Under the pieces are notes generated by a model. That model was not told where the DNA came from. It did no database searches and saw only the letters and a program-made list of their open reading frames with translations. A DNA stretch of 64,000 nucleotides from a virus. Lineage: Duplodnaviria; Caudoviricetes. The translations under genes were made by a program, and so were the position numbers. Where the stretch lies: the IMG/VR virus record IMGVR_UViG_3300037466_002336, positions 1 through 64,000 of that record. One strand, given 5' to 3'. This document shows, one piece after another, positions 38,816 through 48,741 of the stretch (its first letter is position 1; every line of letters starts with the position of its first letter).

Positions 38816-40018
38816 ATGCGGAACCACCTCAGACGGTGGGGACACGTTCACGCGGTCGCGCTTGTCGCGGTCGGGTTCCTCGTCGCGTTCTTCGCCGGGG
38901 CGTTCTCGACGAACTTCAAGACGGTGTTCGGTCAGAAGCTCAACGGCACCGGGCAGAGCATCTACACGCACGTCGCCGACCGCGGCGTGGAGCAGGGGCA
39001 GAAGCGCAGCGACGTCAACCTGCCACCACAGGTGGTCGCGCAGCTCAACGCGGCGAACGAGCAGGCGGCGAAGCAGCAGACGACGCATCCGCATCCGCTC
39101 GCGACACCCGAGCCTTCGATGGTCACGTCGCTGGTTCGCAACTACTCGAGCCGCAACGGGACACATCCGGCGCTGCTCGTCGTGCACGACACCGAATCAC
39201 CGAACGCGCCGGGTGACCAGGACCTACGGGCGATCGACGCATGGTTCAACAATCCGGCGTCGCGGGCTTCGTCGAACTACACCACCGACGCTGACGGCAA
39301 CACGCTGCTGCTGGTGCGCGACACCGACAAGGCGTGGACGCAGGCTTACTTCAACCCGTGGTCGATCTCGGACGAGCTGATCGGGTATGCGTCGCAGACG
39401 ACGTGGCCGACGTTGCAGCTTCAGACGGTCGCACGGCTGTTCGCGGCGGAGGCGAAGAAGTGGGGCATCCCGATCCAGCCGGGGGCGGTGTCCGGCTGCC
39501 GCATCCTGCGCGCAGGGATCGTGCAGCACTCCGACCTTGGTGTGTGCGGCGGCGGCCACCACGACGCGGGTCCCGCGTTCCCGATGGGCAAGTTCATCGG
39601 GCTGGTGAAGATGTACGCGGACGGCGGCAACGTGTCGCCGCAGGTCGCGAAGCTTCGTGCGCGCACCGGCTACTTCGCGTGGCTCGCCTGGTATCTCGGA
39701 GAGGCCGCATGGTCGTCGTACGGGCCGCGGGCAAGGTCGGTGCGTCCGAATGTGCCGGGCAGAACACCGGCGGCGTGGTGGCAGCGGGAGCGCGCGTTCG
39801 TTGCGCACCGTGTCCGAACACAGCAGACCGTGCGCGCCCGGCTGGTCGCCGGCCTGCGCACCCGCACCGGATACTGGTCGTGGCTCGCTTGGTATATCGG
39901 GGCGGGCGACTGGCGGACGCTCGGCCGGAGGTACCTGCCCGCGCGCCCTGACGTGCCCCATGCGATCCCGGCCGCCTGGTGGCGTGTCGAGGTCGCGCAC
40001 GTGACGGCGGCCCGGTAA
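38816..40018 (+). CDS. endolysin, N-acetylmuramoyl-L-alanine amidase (Amidase_2)
   Basis: LVVHDTES, ASSNYTTD, AWTQ..NPWSISDEL, IVQHSDL..HHDAG. Confidence 0.88.
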   Translation: MRNHLRRWGHVHAVALVAVGFLVAFFAGAFSTNFKTVFGQKLNGTGQSIYTHVADRGVEQGQKRSDVNLPPQVVAQLNAANEQAAKQQTTHPHPLATPEPSMVTSLVRNYSSRNGTHPALLVVHDTESPNAPGDQDLRAIDAWFNNPASRASSNYTTDADGNTLLLVRDTDKAWTQAYFNPWSISDELIGYASQTTWPTLQLQTVARLFAAEAKKWGIPIQPGAVSGCRILRAGIVQHSDLGVCGGGHHDAGPAFPMGKFIGLVKMYADGGNVSPQVAKLRARTGYFAWLAWYLGEAAWSSYGPRARSVRPNVPGRTPAAWWQRERAFVAHRVRTQQTVRARLVAGLRTRTGYWSWLAWYIGAGDWRTLGRRYLPARPDVPHAIPAAWWRVEVAHVTAAR

Positions 40019-40077
40019 GCCGAACAGTCCGCACCAGGGACGCGCGCGCGTCCGGTTTCTAGATCGAGGTCACACGG

Positions 40078-41412
40078 ATGACGGAACTCACCTGTCTTGG
40101 CGACCAGCTCACCGACGAGTGGTGGAAGGACAAGGAGAAGCTCGAGCATGAGTGCGCGGTGCACGGCGGCAACTCGGCGATCGCGGAGGCGCACGGAGGG
40201 GGCGAAGCGACGTATCGGCGGTGGCGCGGCCGTCACGGCATCCCGAAGTCGAAGGCGACTGCGCATCCGCGGCCGGAGCCTCTGAAGTCTCCGGCGCACG
40301 GCCAGGAGCCAGGGTTGCGCGTCGACTTCGTCCGCGGCCGTGCCACCTTGGTGACCGACCCGCAGGACGTGCGTGAGAACCCCGAGCTCGGTGACGCCGA
40401 TACGTTGATCCGTGAGCGCGGCCTTGACCCGGCCGAGTGGCTGGTCGAGCGCGTCAAGGTCAACGAGTGGCAGGGCTTCTACAAGAACCCGAAGGGCGAC
40501 GGGTTTGTGCCGGAGGTCGTCACGTTGCGGCAGCTTGTCGCGACGCTGCGCCGGAAGCCGCCGCTCGAGCTGATCTTTCCGGCGGCGGAGGTGCGTGAAC
40601 GGAAGCCGCTGAAGTCCACAAAGCCGACAACGGCCGCACGGCTGATCGTGTGCCTCGGCGACCAACAGGCCGACTATCACGACGAGCAGCTCCACCAGGC
40701 GTTCTTGCGGTGGGCGACCGAGGTGCAACCCGACGAGGCGGTGTTGCTCGGTGACACCTCCGACTTCCCGACGATCTCACGGCACCCGGACCGGCCGCAC
40801 TGGAACTCGACGCCGCAACGGTGCATCGACGAGTCTTACCGGCTGCTGTCGGAGTACCGGGACGTGATGCCTGATGCACGGATGCGGAAGCTGCGCGGCA
40901 ACCACGACTGGCGCCTCGAATCCGAGTTGCTCACACGGGCGGAGCGCATGTTCGGCCTTGCGCCGGCGCCGATCGCTGGCGAGGAGCAGGTGCCCGGAAG
41001 CTCAATCCGGCGTCTGTTGCACCTCGACGCGTTGCACATCGAGCTCGTCGGGCGTGAGGGTGACAAGTGGGAGATCGCCGAGCTCGAGTTTGCGCCGGGT
41101 GTGTGGGCGCGGCACCAGCCGCCGAACCTGAAGAAGCATCTGCGGCTCAACCGTGACGTCGTTGCAGGCGACACGCACCGGCAGATCATCCGTCACGTGA
41201 CGGTGTTCAACGACCACGACGAGCCGGTGGTGCGCACGCTCGTCGAGGCGGGCTGCATGTGCCGCACCGACGGCCTCGGCTACACGGAGCACCCGGACTG
41301 GCAGCCGGGGTTCGTGACGGTCGCGGTCGGAGCGGACGGCGAGAAGTCGTATGACCTGGCTGTGTGGCGCAACGGGCGCCTCACGTGGAGAGGAGAGACA
41401 TGGACGGGGTAG
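40078..41412 (+). CDS. calcineurin-like metallophosphoesterase with N-terminal HTH-like region
   Basis: LGDQQ, LLGDTSD, LRGNHD, ARH, AGDTHR. Confidence 0.85.
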   Translation: MTELTCLGDQLTDEWWKDKEKLEHECAVHGGNSAIAEAHGGGEATYRRWRGRHGIPKSKATAHPRPEPLKSPAHGQEPGLRVDFVRGRATLVTDPQDVRENPELGDADTLIRERGLDPAEWLVERVKVNEWQGFYKNPKGDGFVPEVVTLRQLVATLRRKPPLELIFPAAEVRERKPLKSTKPTTAARLIVCLGDQQADYHDEQLHQAFLRWATEVQPDEAVLLGDTSDFPTISRHPDRPHWNSTPQRCIDESYRLLSEYRDVMPDARMRKLRGNHDWRLESELLTRAERMFGLAPAPIAGEEQVPGSSIRRLLHLDALHIELVGREGDKWEIAELEFAPGVWARHQPPNLKKHLRLNRDVVAGDTHRQIIRHVTVFNDHDEPVVRTLVEAGCMCRTDGLGYTEHPDWQPGFVTVAVGADGEKSYDLAVWRNGRLTWRGETWTG

Positions 41413-41414
41413 CA

Positions 41415-41753
41415 ATGACGGCGACGGAGCGCGCGCAAGCGCTGGTGGACGGTGAGCGGCATAAGGTGTACGGCCATCCTCTCCCGAACCACGAACGCAT
41501 AGCGGCGTTCTGGACGGTGCGTCTCGCCGACAAGCTGAAAGACGACGCGGTCATCGAGCCGCACGAGGCGGCGGCGTGCATGCGGCTGGTCAAGGAGTCA
41601 CGGCTGATCGAGACGCCAGGGCACGACGACAGCCTCGTCGACATCTCCGGCTACTCGCAGGTCGAGCACCTGATCCATGAGGGGTATCGCGCCTGGCCGC
41701 TGTCGCGGCTCGCACGCCTGTTCGGGTTCCGCAACGCACGCGAGAGGGGGTGA
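41415..41753 (+). CDS. DUF6378-like (putative nucleotide hydrolase)
   Basis: YGHPLPNHERIAAFW..MRLVKESR..HDDSLVDISGY. Confidence 0.8.
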   Translation: MTATERAQALVDGERHKVYGHPLPNHERIAAFWTVRLADKLKDDAVIEPHEAAACMRLVKESRLIETPGHDDSLVDISGYSQVEHLIHEGYRAWPLSRLARLFGFRNARERG

Positions 41754-41758
41754 TCTAG

Positions 41759-42079
41759 ATGACGTTCCTCGCGAAGATCAAGTACCTCGTGCACCACGTT
41801 CCGGCGCCGGCGCGCGGGGCGGTGGAGACGACGGCGGTCGCGGGCGGTGTCGCGTTCGTCGCGACGTTCAAGCCGTTGCTTCCGGCGCTCGTCGGTGACC
41901 CGTCGCTTCCGACGGCGAAGGCGGCGCTGCTGATGGCGGCAACGGCCGCGCTTGCCGCGGCGTACCACGCAGGGAAGGCGTCGCTCAAGTCGCTCGCTGC
42001 GAAGTGGGCGGCGATCCCTGTCAACACGACGGCGGCTCAGCCGCAGCCTGTCGACCCTGCCGCGACGACGAACGGCTAG
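41759..42079 (+). CDS. putative holin
   Basis: Two TM helices; last gene of late operon. Confidence 0.55.
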   Translation: MTFLAKIKYLVHHVPAPARGAVETTAVAGGVAFVATFKPLLPALVGDPSLPTAKAALLMAATAALAAAYHAGKASLKSLAAKWAAIPVNTTAAQPQPVDPAATTNG

Positions 42080-42107
42080 AACCAGCTTCCGGCCTTCGGG
42101 TCGGAAC

Positions 42108-42150
42108 GGAGGGCCGCCGGGTGCCCGCTACCCCCGCCCGGCGGCCCTCC
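42108..42150. terminator. terminator between convergent operons
   Basis: 14-bp perfect stem GGAGGGCCGCCGGG/CCCGGCGGCCCTCC. Confidence 0.75.
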
Positions 42151-42392
42151 TCCTTACGTCACTTTGTACGGAGGCGCGCTACCGTGGCGGGGCGCACCGC
42201 ATTGCGCGGGCTGATATAGCGGGCGGGGACCTGGCTCATGGGGTGGGCCCTGCCCCGCCCGCTAAGACCCGCTCTCGCTCGAGCGTCTGTGCGACAACGG
42301 GCTGGCGCCCACCGTACAGCAGCCGCCGAACGACGGAGCAAGGTCCATACCCCCGTTTCCGTGCCGACGCGGGGGTTCCTTCGCCTGTCGGT

Positions 42393-42617
42393 CTAGGCGC
42401 TCGCGGTCAGACCGGCACGCTCCGCGTACCGCCGCTCGCCTTCCTCCGACACACACGCCGACACGTGAAGCAGGTAGTCGGTGGTGGTCGCGTCGGCGAC
42501 GTGCTCGAGGGCGGTGTGCCCCAACCACCGAGCCACGTTGTGCCAGGCGAACAGGTGCACGCGAGCGATCAGCTCGTCGTCGAGGTGGGCGAACTCTGTG
42601 ATGTCGATGTCCTGCAT
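42393..42617 (-). CDS. hypothetical protein downstream of integrase
   Basis: GGGGGTAG RBS. Confidence 0.6.
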   Translation of the reverse strand: MQDIDITEFAHLDDELIARVHLFAWHNVARWLGHTALEHVADATTTDYLLHVSACVSEEGERRYAERAGLTASA

Positions 42618-42762
42618 GGCTACCCCCTAGCCCGTTGTCGCCCGAGGAATCTACGCAGGCCACCGGACGGCTTGGTTACGTCATTTCAACAGACGCGACA
42701 TCCTCCGGTCCTTCAGAAGCCGCCCTCCGGTTTGACACGCCGGACAGTAGTAGTAGGTGGTT

Positions 42763-42820
42763 CCGCGGGTGACGCTCTGTTTCGAGTACGTGTGATCGCG
42801 AAACCGGGCGTCACTCGTGG
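42763..42820. other. candidate attP site
   Basis: Imperfect inverted repeat centred on TG at 42791-42792, next to the serine integrase 3' end. Confidence 0.55.
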
Positions 42821-42863
42821 TGCAGCGCAAACCCGCATGGCTGCTTGGTTTGCGCATCTTCGG

Positions 42864-44351
42864 CTACGTGAACCATCCGATCGCGAGCCGGGAGCCGATG
42901 GTGCGTTCCGTCTCTCGACCGCGCTGCGCCGTCGACGGCTTCACCACGATCTCGTGGATCTGGAGCCGCAGCGCCTTGCGCTTCGCTTCGATGGTCGCGG
43001 TCGACCACAGGTCGAGCACGCTGCGCTCGAGCGGGCGCACCGTCTTGACGAGCCGTTCGAACTCCTCGGCTTCCTCACGGCGGTCCTCGCGCTCCGCGCT
43101 GTAGCGGGCGAACTGGCGGTGGTACTCGTCCTCGGCCAGCGTGCCCTTCATGAACCGCTGGTCGGCGAGCGTGTCGAGGGCACGGTCGAGCTCGGCGATC
43201 CGGTTGCGCGCCTTGTCCGCCTTGCGCTGCCACACCTTCTGCTGCTGCGTCCGCTTCATCCGGCCGTCGTGCGGCATCCGCTTCGGGTCGAACCTGCGAA
43301 GGAACCGACCCTCGACGTGCGGCTCGACGAGGTGAGCTGCGATCTGCACAGGTTGCGCGCACCGGACGGCGGCGTTGTCGACTTGACAGCGGTACCGGCG
43401 CTGAGTCGAGTCGTACCGCATCCGGTAGCCGCACGAGTGGCAAACCAACAGACCGACGAGGAGCGCGTTCGACCGTCCGCGGGCGATGCCGTTCGCGTGC
43501 CCGGCCATCGCCTGTACACGCTCCCACTGTTCGCGCGTGACGATCGCGGGATGGCTCGCGTCGATGAGGTCGCCGTCGGCGAGCCTGACCATTCCGGCGT
43601 AGATCGGGTTGCGCAGCATGGCGAGGATTGTCGGCTTGGCCCACCATTCGTGGCCGCGCGGTGACCGGTGCCCGTGCGCGTGCAGCGCGTTCCTGATGTC
43701 GCCGTAGGTGGCGCCAGAGGCCCGCATATCGAACATGAGCCGGAGCGCCGGCGCCTGGGCGTCCTCAATGCCAACGATGCGTGCGGTTCGGGTGCCGTCG
43801 TCCTTCACGATGCGGTAGCCGTACGCACCGGACGGCACGTGCGCGTGACCCTGTCGCCGCTGGTTCGCGTGGAAGTTGCGCCATTCCTCCCCGATGCGCT
43901 CCGACTCGAACTCGGACAGCGCGAACAGGATGTTGCGGAGGAGGTTCCCGGCGACGGTGCCGGTGTCGATGTCCTCGGTGACTGACACGAGCGTGACGCC
44001 GGCGCGCTCGAGCACGTCGACGGCGGCGGAGGCGTCCTTCACCGACCGGGCGAACCGGGTCAGCCTGTACACCGCGATCGTCTCGAACTTGCCTTCGGCG
44101 GCGTCGGCCATCATGCGCTCGAACTCCGGCCGCCTGACTCCCTTCCTACCTGAGACGTCGAGGTCGATGTACCAGTGGACGACACGGCAGCCGCGGTAGT
44201 TGGCCCACGCTTCGATCTTCTCGCGCTGGATGACGTCCGAGAGCAGGTCCTCGCCTTGTTCGCGGCCCATCAGCGCGCTGATGCGGATGTACCCGGCGAC
44301 GCGACGCGGCGGTGTGGGCAGGTTTGCGGAGGTTCGCCTAATAGCAGTCAT
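42864..44351 (-). CDS. int: large serine recombinase (integrase)
   Basis: AGYIRIS, DLDVSG..RPEFERM, YRLTRFARS, recombinase domain, LLVCHSCG zinc ribbon, coiled coil. Confidence 0.93.
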   Translation of the reverse strand: MTAIRRTSANLPTPPRRVAGYIRISALMGREQGEDLLSDVIQREKIEAWANYRGCRVVHWYIDLDVSGRKGVRRPEFERMMADAAEGKFETIAVYRLTRFARSVKDASAAVDVLERAGVTLVSVTEDIDTGTVAGNLLRNILFALSEFESERIGEEWRNFHANQRRQGHAHVPSGAYGYRIVKDDGTRTARIVGIEDAQAPALRLMFDMRASGATYGDIRNALHAHGHRSPRGHEWWAKPTILAMLRNPIYAGMVRLADGDLIDASHPAIVTREQWERVQAMAGHANGIARGRSNALLVGLLVCHSCGYRMRYDSTQRRYRCQVDNAAVRCAQPVQIAAHLVEPHVEGRFLRRFDPKRMPHDGRMKRTQQQKVWQRKADKARNRIAELDRALDTLADQRFMKGTLAEDEYHRQFARYSAEREDRREEAEEFERLVKTVRPLERSVLDLWSTATIEAKRKALRLQIHEIVVKPSTAQRGRETERTIGSRLAIGWFT

Positions 44352-44383
44352 GAGGTTTTTATACGGTGTACTCCGAAATGGGG

Positions 44384-44944
44384 ATGGCGATGTCTGGAAA
44401 GGGTGGTAGGGTAGCCCGACTCGCGCTGTCTGATGGCAACGCGATGAAGGTGGCCGCAACAACAATCATGGGGGTAGCAGCTTTGGAGCATGTAATCCGG
44501 TCCGCCGCTGACGTTCGGACAGGTGGCGACGACGACCGCGACTTGGTGGCGCGCGACTCGGAGCCGCGGATGATGGCGGCGTACGTGCTGGTGCAGGTGG
44601 CGCGGCTGAGCATGAGAGCGGCGCTCGCGCTTGTCCCGAAAGACCATCCTTGGTACGTCGCGGTCGGCGGCACGGTCAACGCCGTCGACGGACAGATGCG
44701 CCGCCATCCTCGGTGGGGGCTCGTTTCCCGTCGCGGCAGCCGCAACCTGACACGCAATCTGTGGGTCACGGTCGCGCTGCTCGTGGTGGCGCTGCTGGTC
44801 AGCGACAGCCTCGCGATCGGCCCGGTCGACCTCGGGTTGATCCACGACCAACACATCGGCCTTCATCATCTGCTGCACCTTCCGTGGTGGGGCGGCGCCG
44901 ACCAGAACGCACCCGACTTCTTCGGGTTGCGTCTGCCGTGGTGA
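44384..44944 (+). CDS. possible membrane protein
   Basis: ORF with C-terminal TM; start and reality uncertain. Confidence 0.4.
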   Translation: MAMSGKGGRVARLALSDGNAMKVAATTIMGVAALEHVIRSAADVRTGGDDDRDLVARDSEPRMMAAYVLVQVARLSMRAALALVPKDHPWYVAVGGTVNAVDGQMRRHPRWGLVSRRGSRNLTRNLWVTVALLVVALLVSDSLAIGPVDLGLIHDQHIGLHHLLHLPWWGGADQNAPDFFGLRLPW

Positions 44945-45000
44945 TCTGAACGGCGGGCGGTGACGGACCGTGGGGGTGTCCGTTGCCGCCCGCCGTTCGT

Positions 45001-45330
45001 TTACGCTCGGCGTCGCGCGCGTCGACCGGTGGACGCGACTGACGCCCACCGGTCGAAGTTCTCCAACGCACGCTCGAGGCCGACGTTGCGCGGGTCGAAC
45101 AGCTCCCGGGCCTCGTTGAGTCGGTACTCGACGAAGTAGCGCGGGTCGATGTCGAGCACGCGCGCGCATTCCTCCATCACGGCGGGCGTCGGTTCGCGTT
45201 CCCCGGCGAGTGCCTTTCGGAGCGTCTCGTAGTGCACGCCGTCGAGCTCGTTGGCGAACACGTGCCAGTTCGGGTTGCCGGCGCTCGTGAGCCATCCGGT
45301 GTTCCCGGCGTCTCGGACGAGGTTGCTCAT
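45001..45330 (-). CDS. putative immunity repressor (Xre-like HTH)
   Basis: VHYETLRKALAGEREPTPAVMEECARVLDIDPRYF; divergent from early arm, near integrase. Confidence 0.7.
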   Translation of the reverse strand: MSNLVRDAGNTGWLTSAGNPNWHVFANELDGVHYETLRKALAGEREPTPAVMEECARVLDIDPRYFVEYRLNEARELFDPRNVGLERALENFDRWASVASTGRRARRRA

Positions 45331-45656
45331 TGCGCGGCCGAAGCGCGCGCGGCTCGGTTCGACTCTCCTCATTGGTGCTGCTACCCCCTGCGTTGGTGGT
45401 TAACCCTTCGGGTTTTACCGATGGGTTAAGTGGCTGAGTGTAATAAACATTCCGGCTGTACGCAAGACGTACATCCGTGGTTGACGGTGCCCACCTTCAC
45501 CTAGCCGGTAAACGTCGCGGGCGCCCACACCGGCCGTCACGCCGACGCCTTCACAAAGATTTCAGACAATCAGTGGTGGAAAACCCTTGCGCTACGTTGC
45601 AAACCCCGGTACCGTTGCACCGCACTAGAGGCAACCGAGCGAGGGAGGCAGCAAGC
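45331..45656. promoter_or_regulatory. lysis/lysogeny control region
   Basis: AT-richer divergent gap; AACCC-ttc-GGGTT and AAACCC motifs; GCACTAGAGGCA. Confidence 0.55.
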
Positions 45657-45943
45657 ATGGCAACACCGCACGCACTGGACACGTTCGACCCGTACTGCCC
45701 CATCTGCGCGCCCGACGAGGACTGCGCAGCACAGCTCTGCGAGAGGCACTTCATCGAGCGGTGGAGCTTCACCCCGACCGAGAAGCTCGCGGCCGTCCGG
45801 CTTGCCGTGGACACCTTCGAAGTGTTCGAGGTGGCCGCGTGAAGATCACATTCCGCAACCGGCACACCGGCGCGACGTTCACCGTCGTCGGTGACGAAGC
45901 GGCAGCACGCATGGACGCGCTCCCGTCATGGGACCGCGCATGA
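45657..45943 (+). CDS. two small early ORFs (45657-45842, 45839-45943)
   Basis: RBS and coupling. Confidence 0.55.
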
Positions 45944-46395
45944 ACGGGCTGTGGGACGACGCCGAGGTCATCGCGGTCTACCCGCGGTCACAGGCGATCC
46001 TCGACGGTGTGCTCGTCCCGGTCACCGACCTGGTGCCGGACGAACCGAACTTCGCGCGCGACGCCGGGTTCACCTGTCACGTCGCGCTCACGTCGGCTCT
46101 CGCCGACCTGGTGATCCCAACCGACGCCGAGGCCGACCGGTTCTACCAGGACGTCAAGGGTCGCCTGTGGGACACGTTGAACATGGCGCGTCTGTACAAG
46201 CGCAACGTCACCGACGAGGGTGGCGACTGGCTGTTCCCTTGCATCTTCTGGATCAGCGATCGCAGCGGGTCGCGCTACCTGACGCGCAACGGTCGCCGCC
46301 GCACCGCACAGCTCACGTTCCACCTGTGGTGCTCGCTCGCGCCCGGCGACGACGGAGAACCCGTCGTGACCATCGGCTTCCCGGAGGACCGCTGA
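45940..46395 (+). CDS. DUF6573-like protein
   Basis: VIAVYPRSQAILDGVLVPV..GRLWDTL..TIGFPED. Confidence 0.7.
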   Translation: MNGLWDDAEVIAVYPRSQAILDGVLVPVTDLVPDEPNFARDAGFTCHVALTSALADLVIPTDAEADRFYQDVKGRLWDTLNMARLYKRNVTDEGGDWLFPCIFWISDRSGSRYLTRNGRRRTAQLTFHLWCSLAPGDDGEPVVTIGFPEDR

Positions 46396-46797
46396 TGATG
46401 CCGGTGTTCGTCCGCGACTACAAGATGGTGCGCACCGACACCGGCCGCGAGGTCACCCACGGCTGCGACGAACTGCCGGAGACGGTCCCGGTCGTGTTCC
46501 TTTCGCACACATCGGACGGCTGGATGGACGACGGCGGCTACGTGTGGTCGAAGGACCACGACGGCACCTGGAGGCGAGTGTGATCGCCGTCGTTGCGGTC
46601 GTTGCCTGCGTCGTTGTGGTGTTCACGCTGATCAAGGCAAGCCTGTGAGCAAGCCAACCGAGAAGCTCGCCGAACGCGAGCTCGCATCAGACAAGGCGCA
46701 CGAGGAGCTGTACGAGCTGCTCGTCGCAGACGCGGCCGACCGCGTGCTCCCGGCACCGGCCGTCGACGAACAGGAGCGCGGGAAGGAGGCGGCATGA
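46395..46797 (+). CDS. three small ORFs (46395-46583, 46580-46648 TM peptide, 46645-46797)
   Basis: Coupled starts and stops; last two read by hand. Confidence 0.5.
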
Positions 46798-47462
46798 CGG
46801 ACACCGTCAGCGATCTACTCGAGCGGCTTCGAAGAAGTTGCGCGAGGCCGGGGGAGGTAGTGGATTCCGACCCCGGCCCCGCACGCACTAGAGGCACTAC
46901 CACCGAGGCAGGGTGGCAGCACTCCGCGCAGCATAGCGGCACACGACGATGTCCCGCCCCGCTGCCGGCGCCGCGCCGTGCGCTCGTCGGGCGGGCACAC
47001 GACCACCTGGCCGGGTATCCGGCGGTGGTGTGGCGCGCCGCCGACGTCCCCGAACGGGTGGAGGCGGCGATCCGGCAGGCCGGAAGCGCGGCGCTGCTCG
47101 CCGACGAAGGCGACAACGACCCGCCGTGCACCCCCTGCGACGAACGGCCGCCGTTGTGGGTGCTCCGCAAACCGAACGGGATGCCGAACTACGCGAACGC
47201 CGCCGAGATGGAGCGGTACCTCCGTGAGTCCGGCTGGCTGACGTGGAGCAGTAACGGCGGCGGCCGGTACACGCCACCCGACGACGCATGGGAGCGGTGG
47301 GTTGCCGAACAGAACGACCCGCGGCGTGTGCCGCCGGCGGCGAAGGTTCCGCACGCACTGGACGGCACGCCGGAGGACCGGCTGGCCGAGGCAACGGTCG
47401 ACGAACCGGAACGGCTGGACGTCGACCATGAACACGAAGGGGGTGAGCTGGTTGCCGCATAG
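46794..47462 (+). CDS. hypothetical protein (start uncertain)
   Basis: C-terminal 160 aa look protein-like; N-terminal part overlaps leader-type motifs. Confidence 0.45.
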   Translation: MTDTVSDLLERLRRSCARPGEVVDSDPGPARTRGTTTEAGWQHSAQHSGTRRCPAPLPAPRRALVGRAHDHLAGYPAVVWRAADVPERVEAAIRQAGSAALLADEGDNDPPCTPCDERPPLWVLRKPNGMPNYANAAEMERYLRESGWLTWSSNGGGRYTPPDDAWERWVAEQNDPRRVPPAAKVPHALDGTPEDRLAEATVDEPERLDVDHEHEGGELVAA

Positions 47463-47685
47463 CGGGTTGACAGAGCGGCAGAGCGAGGTCGTGTTGCTGG
47501 TCGCGGCTGGCTACTCGAACAGCGAGGCGGCCGACGAGCTCGGCATCAGCACGCGCACGGTCGAGATGCACGTCACCGCGATCAAGGCGAAGCTTGGCGT
47601 TGCGAAACGCCGGATGATCCCGCGGGCGTACATGCAGGCGACGGGGGAGAACCCGTACCCGACGCTCGAAACGGCGGCGGCGTGA
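47443..47685 (+). CDS. LuxR-type HTH regulator (standalone)
   Basis: LTERQSEVVLLVAAGYSNSEAADELGISTRTVEMHV. Confidence 0.88.
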   Translation: MSWLPHSGLTERQSEVVLLVAAGYSNSEAADELGISTRTVEMHVTAIKAKLGVAKRRMIPRAYMQATGENPYPTLETAAA

Positions 47686-48101
47686 ACTGCGCGTGTGGAT
47701 GCGGCCAGGACGCGGGCGTGTACACGCGCAACCGCGCTGACCTCGGCTACGTCAAGGGCGAGCCGCGCCGGTTCGTCCCAACGCACGGCGGTTCGAAGCG
47801 GTGGGTCAACCACCCACCGCAGTACGTCGAGCAGCCCGGTCCGCTCAGCACGCCTTGCTGGATCTGGCAGCGAACAGTGCAGAACACCGGCTACGGCGAG
47901 CTCGTCCGTGACGGGCGCAAGTGGCTAGCGCACGTGTGGTTCTACTTCCGGGCGACCGGGCGGCTGATGCCGAAGAACCACGTTCTGCACCATCGCTGCG
48001 GGAACAAGCTGTGCGTCAACCCAAGGCACGTGAAGCCGCTCACGCGCGGTGACCACCTGACGCGCCACACGATCGCGCGTCTCTTGGGGATACCCGCGTG
48101 A
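47682..48101 (+). CDS. HNH endonuclease
   Basis: CACGCG; CWIWQ..GYG; LHHRCGNKLCVNPRH. Confidence 0.85.
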   Translation: MNCACGCGQDAGVYTRNRADLGYVKGEPRRFVPTHGGSKRWVNHPPQYVEQPGPLSTPCWIWQRTVQNTGYGELVRDGRKWLAHVWFYFRATGRLMPKNHVLHHRCGNKLCVNPRHVKPLTRGDHLTRHTIARLLGIPA

Positions 48102-48741
48102 ACGCTCTCGCGAACTACTCGAGCCTGCGGGTGTTCTACGCGGCGAACCCGTCGCGCGAACGGTCGCCCGAGTGGGACTACGGCGTCGGATGGGCCGACA
48201 CGGATCGTCCGTGGCCGACGTCGCGGCTCTCGTGGATCGTCGAGACGGGCGAGCTCTATCTGTACCGGTTCGGGGCCGACGGCACCAGCGACGCGGTGAT
48301 CGTCGTGGCGGTGATCCCGAAGGTCGGCGAGTACCCGTACCCGACGGACGGCCGCCGTGAGGAGTCGTGGCGGGAGTTCAAGGACGCGCAGACCGTGGAG
48401 CGGGTGCTCGACGGGTGGGCGGAACAGGGCGGCGACCTGTCGTGGCTGGAGGCCCGGCTCGCCGCGCACATCGAAACGGAGGTGGCAGCAGCATGACGAA
48501 GTGGAAGGTGCTCAAGGTGACGGACTCGGACTCGCCGGTGGTGTTCATGCACGTCGGTGAGATCGAAAGTCGGTTCCACTACAGCCCGCCGGGCGTGCAG
48601 GAGATCGGCGAGGCGTTCGGTGTTGGGTCGTTCGTTCTGCTCGGGATCGGAGAAGGGCTCGACAGCTCGACGTGGCGCGAGATCACGATCGCACAGGACA
48701 CACCGACGTTCGTCGAAACAGTCAACGAGGTGGCGGCGTGA
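48098..48741 (+). CDS. two hypothetical proteins (48098-48496, 48493-48741)
   Basis: Coupled ORFs. Confidence 0.6.
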
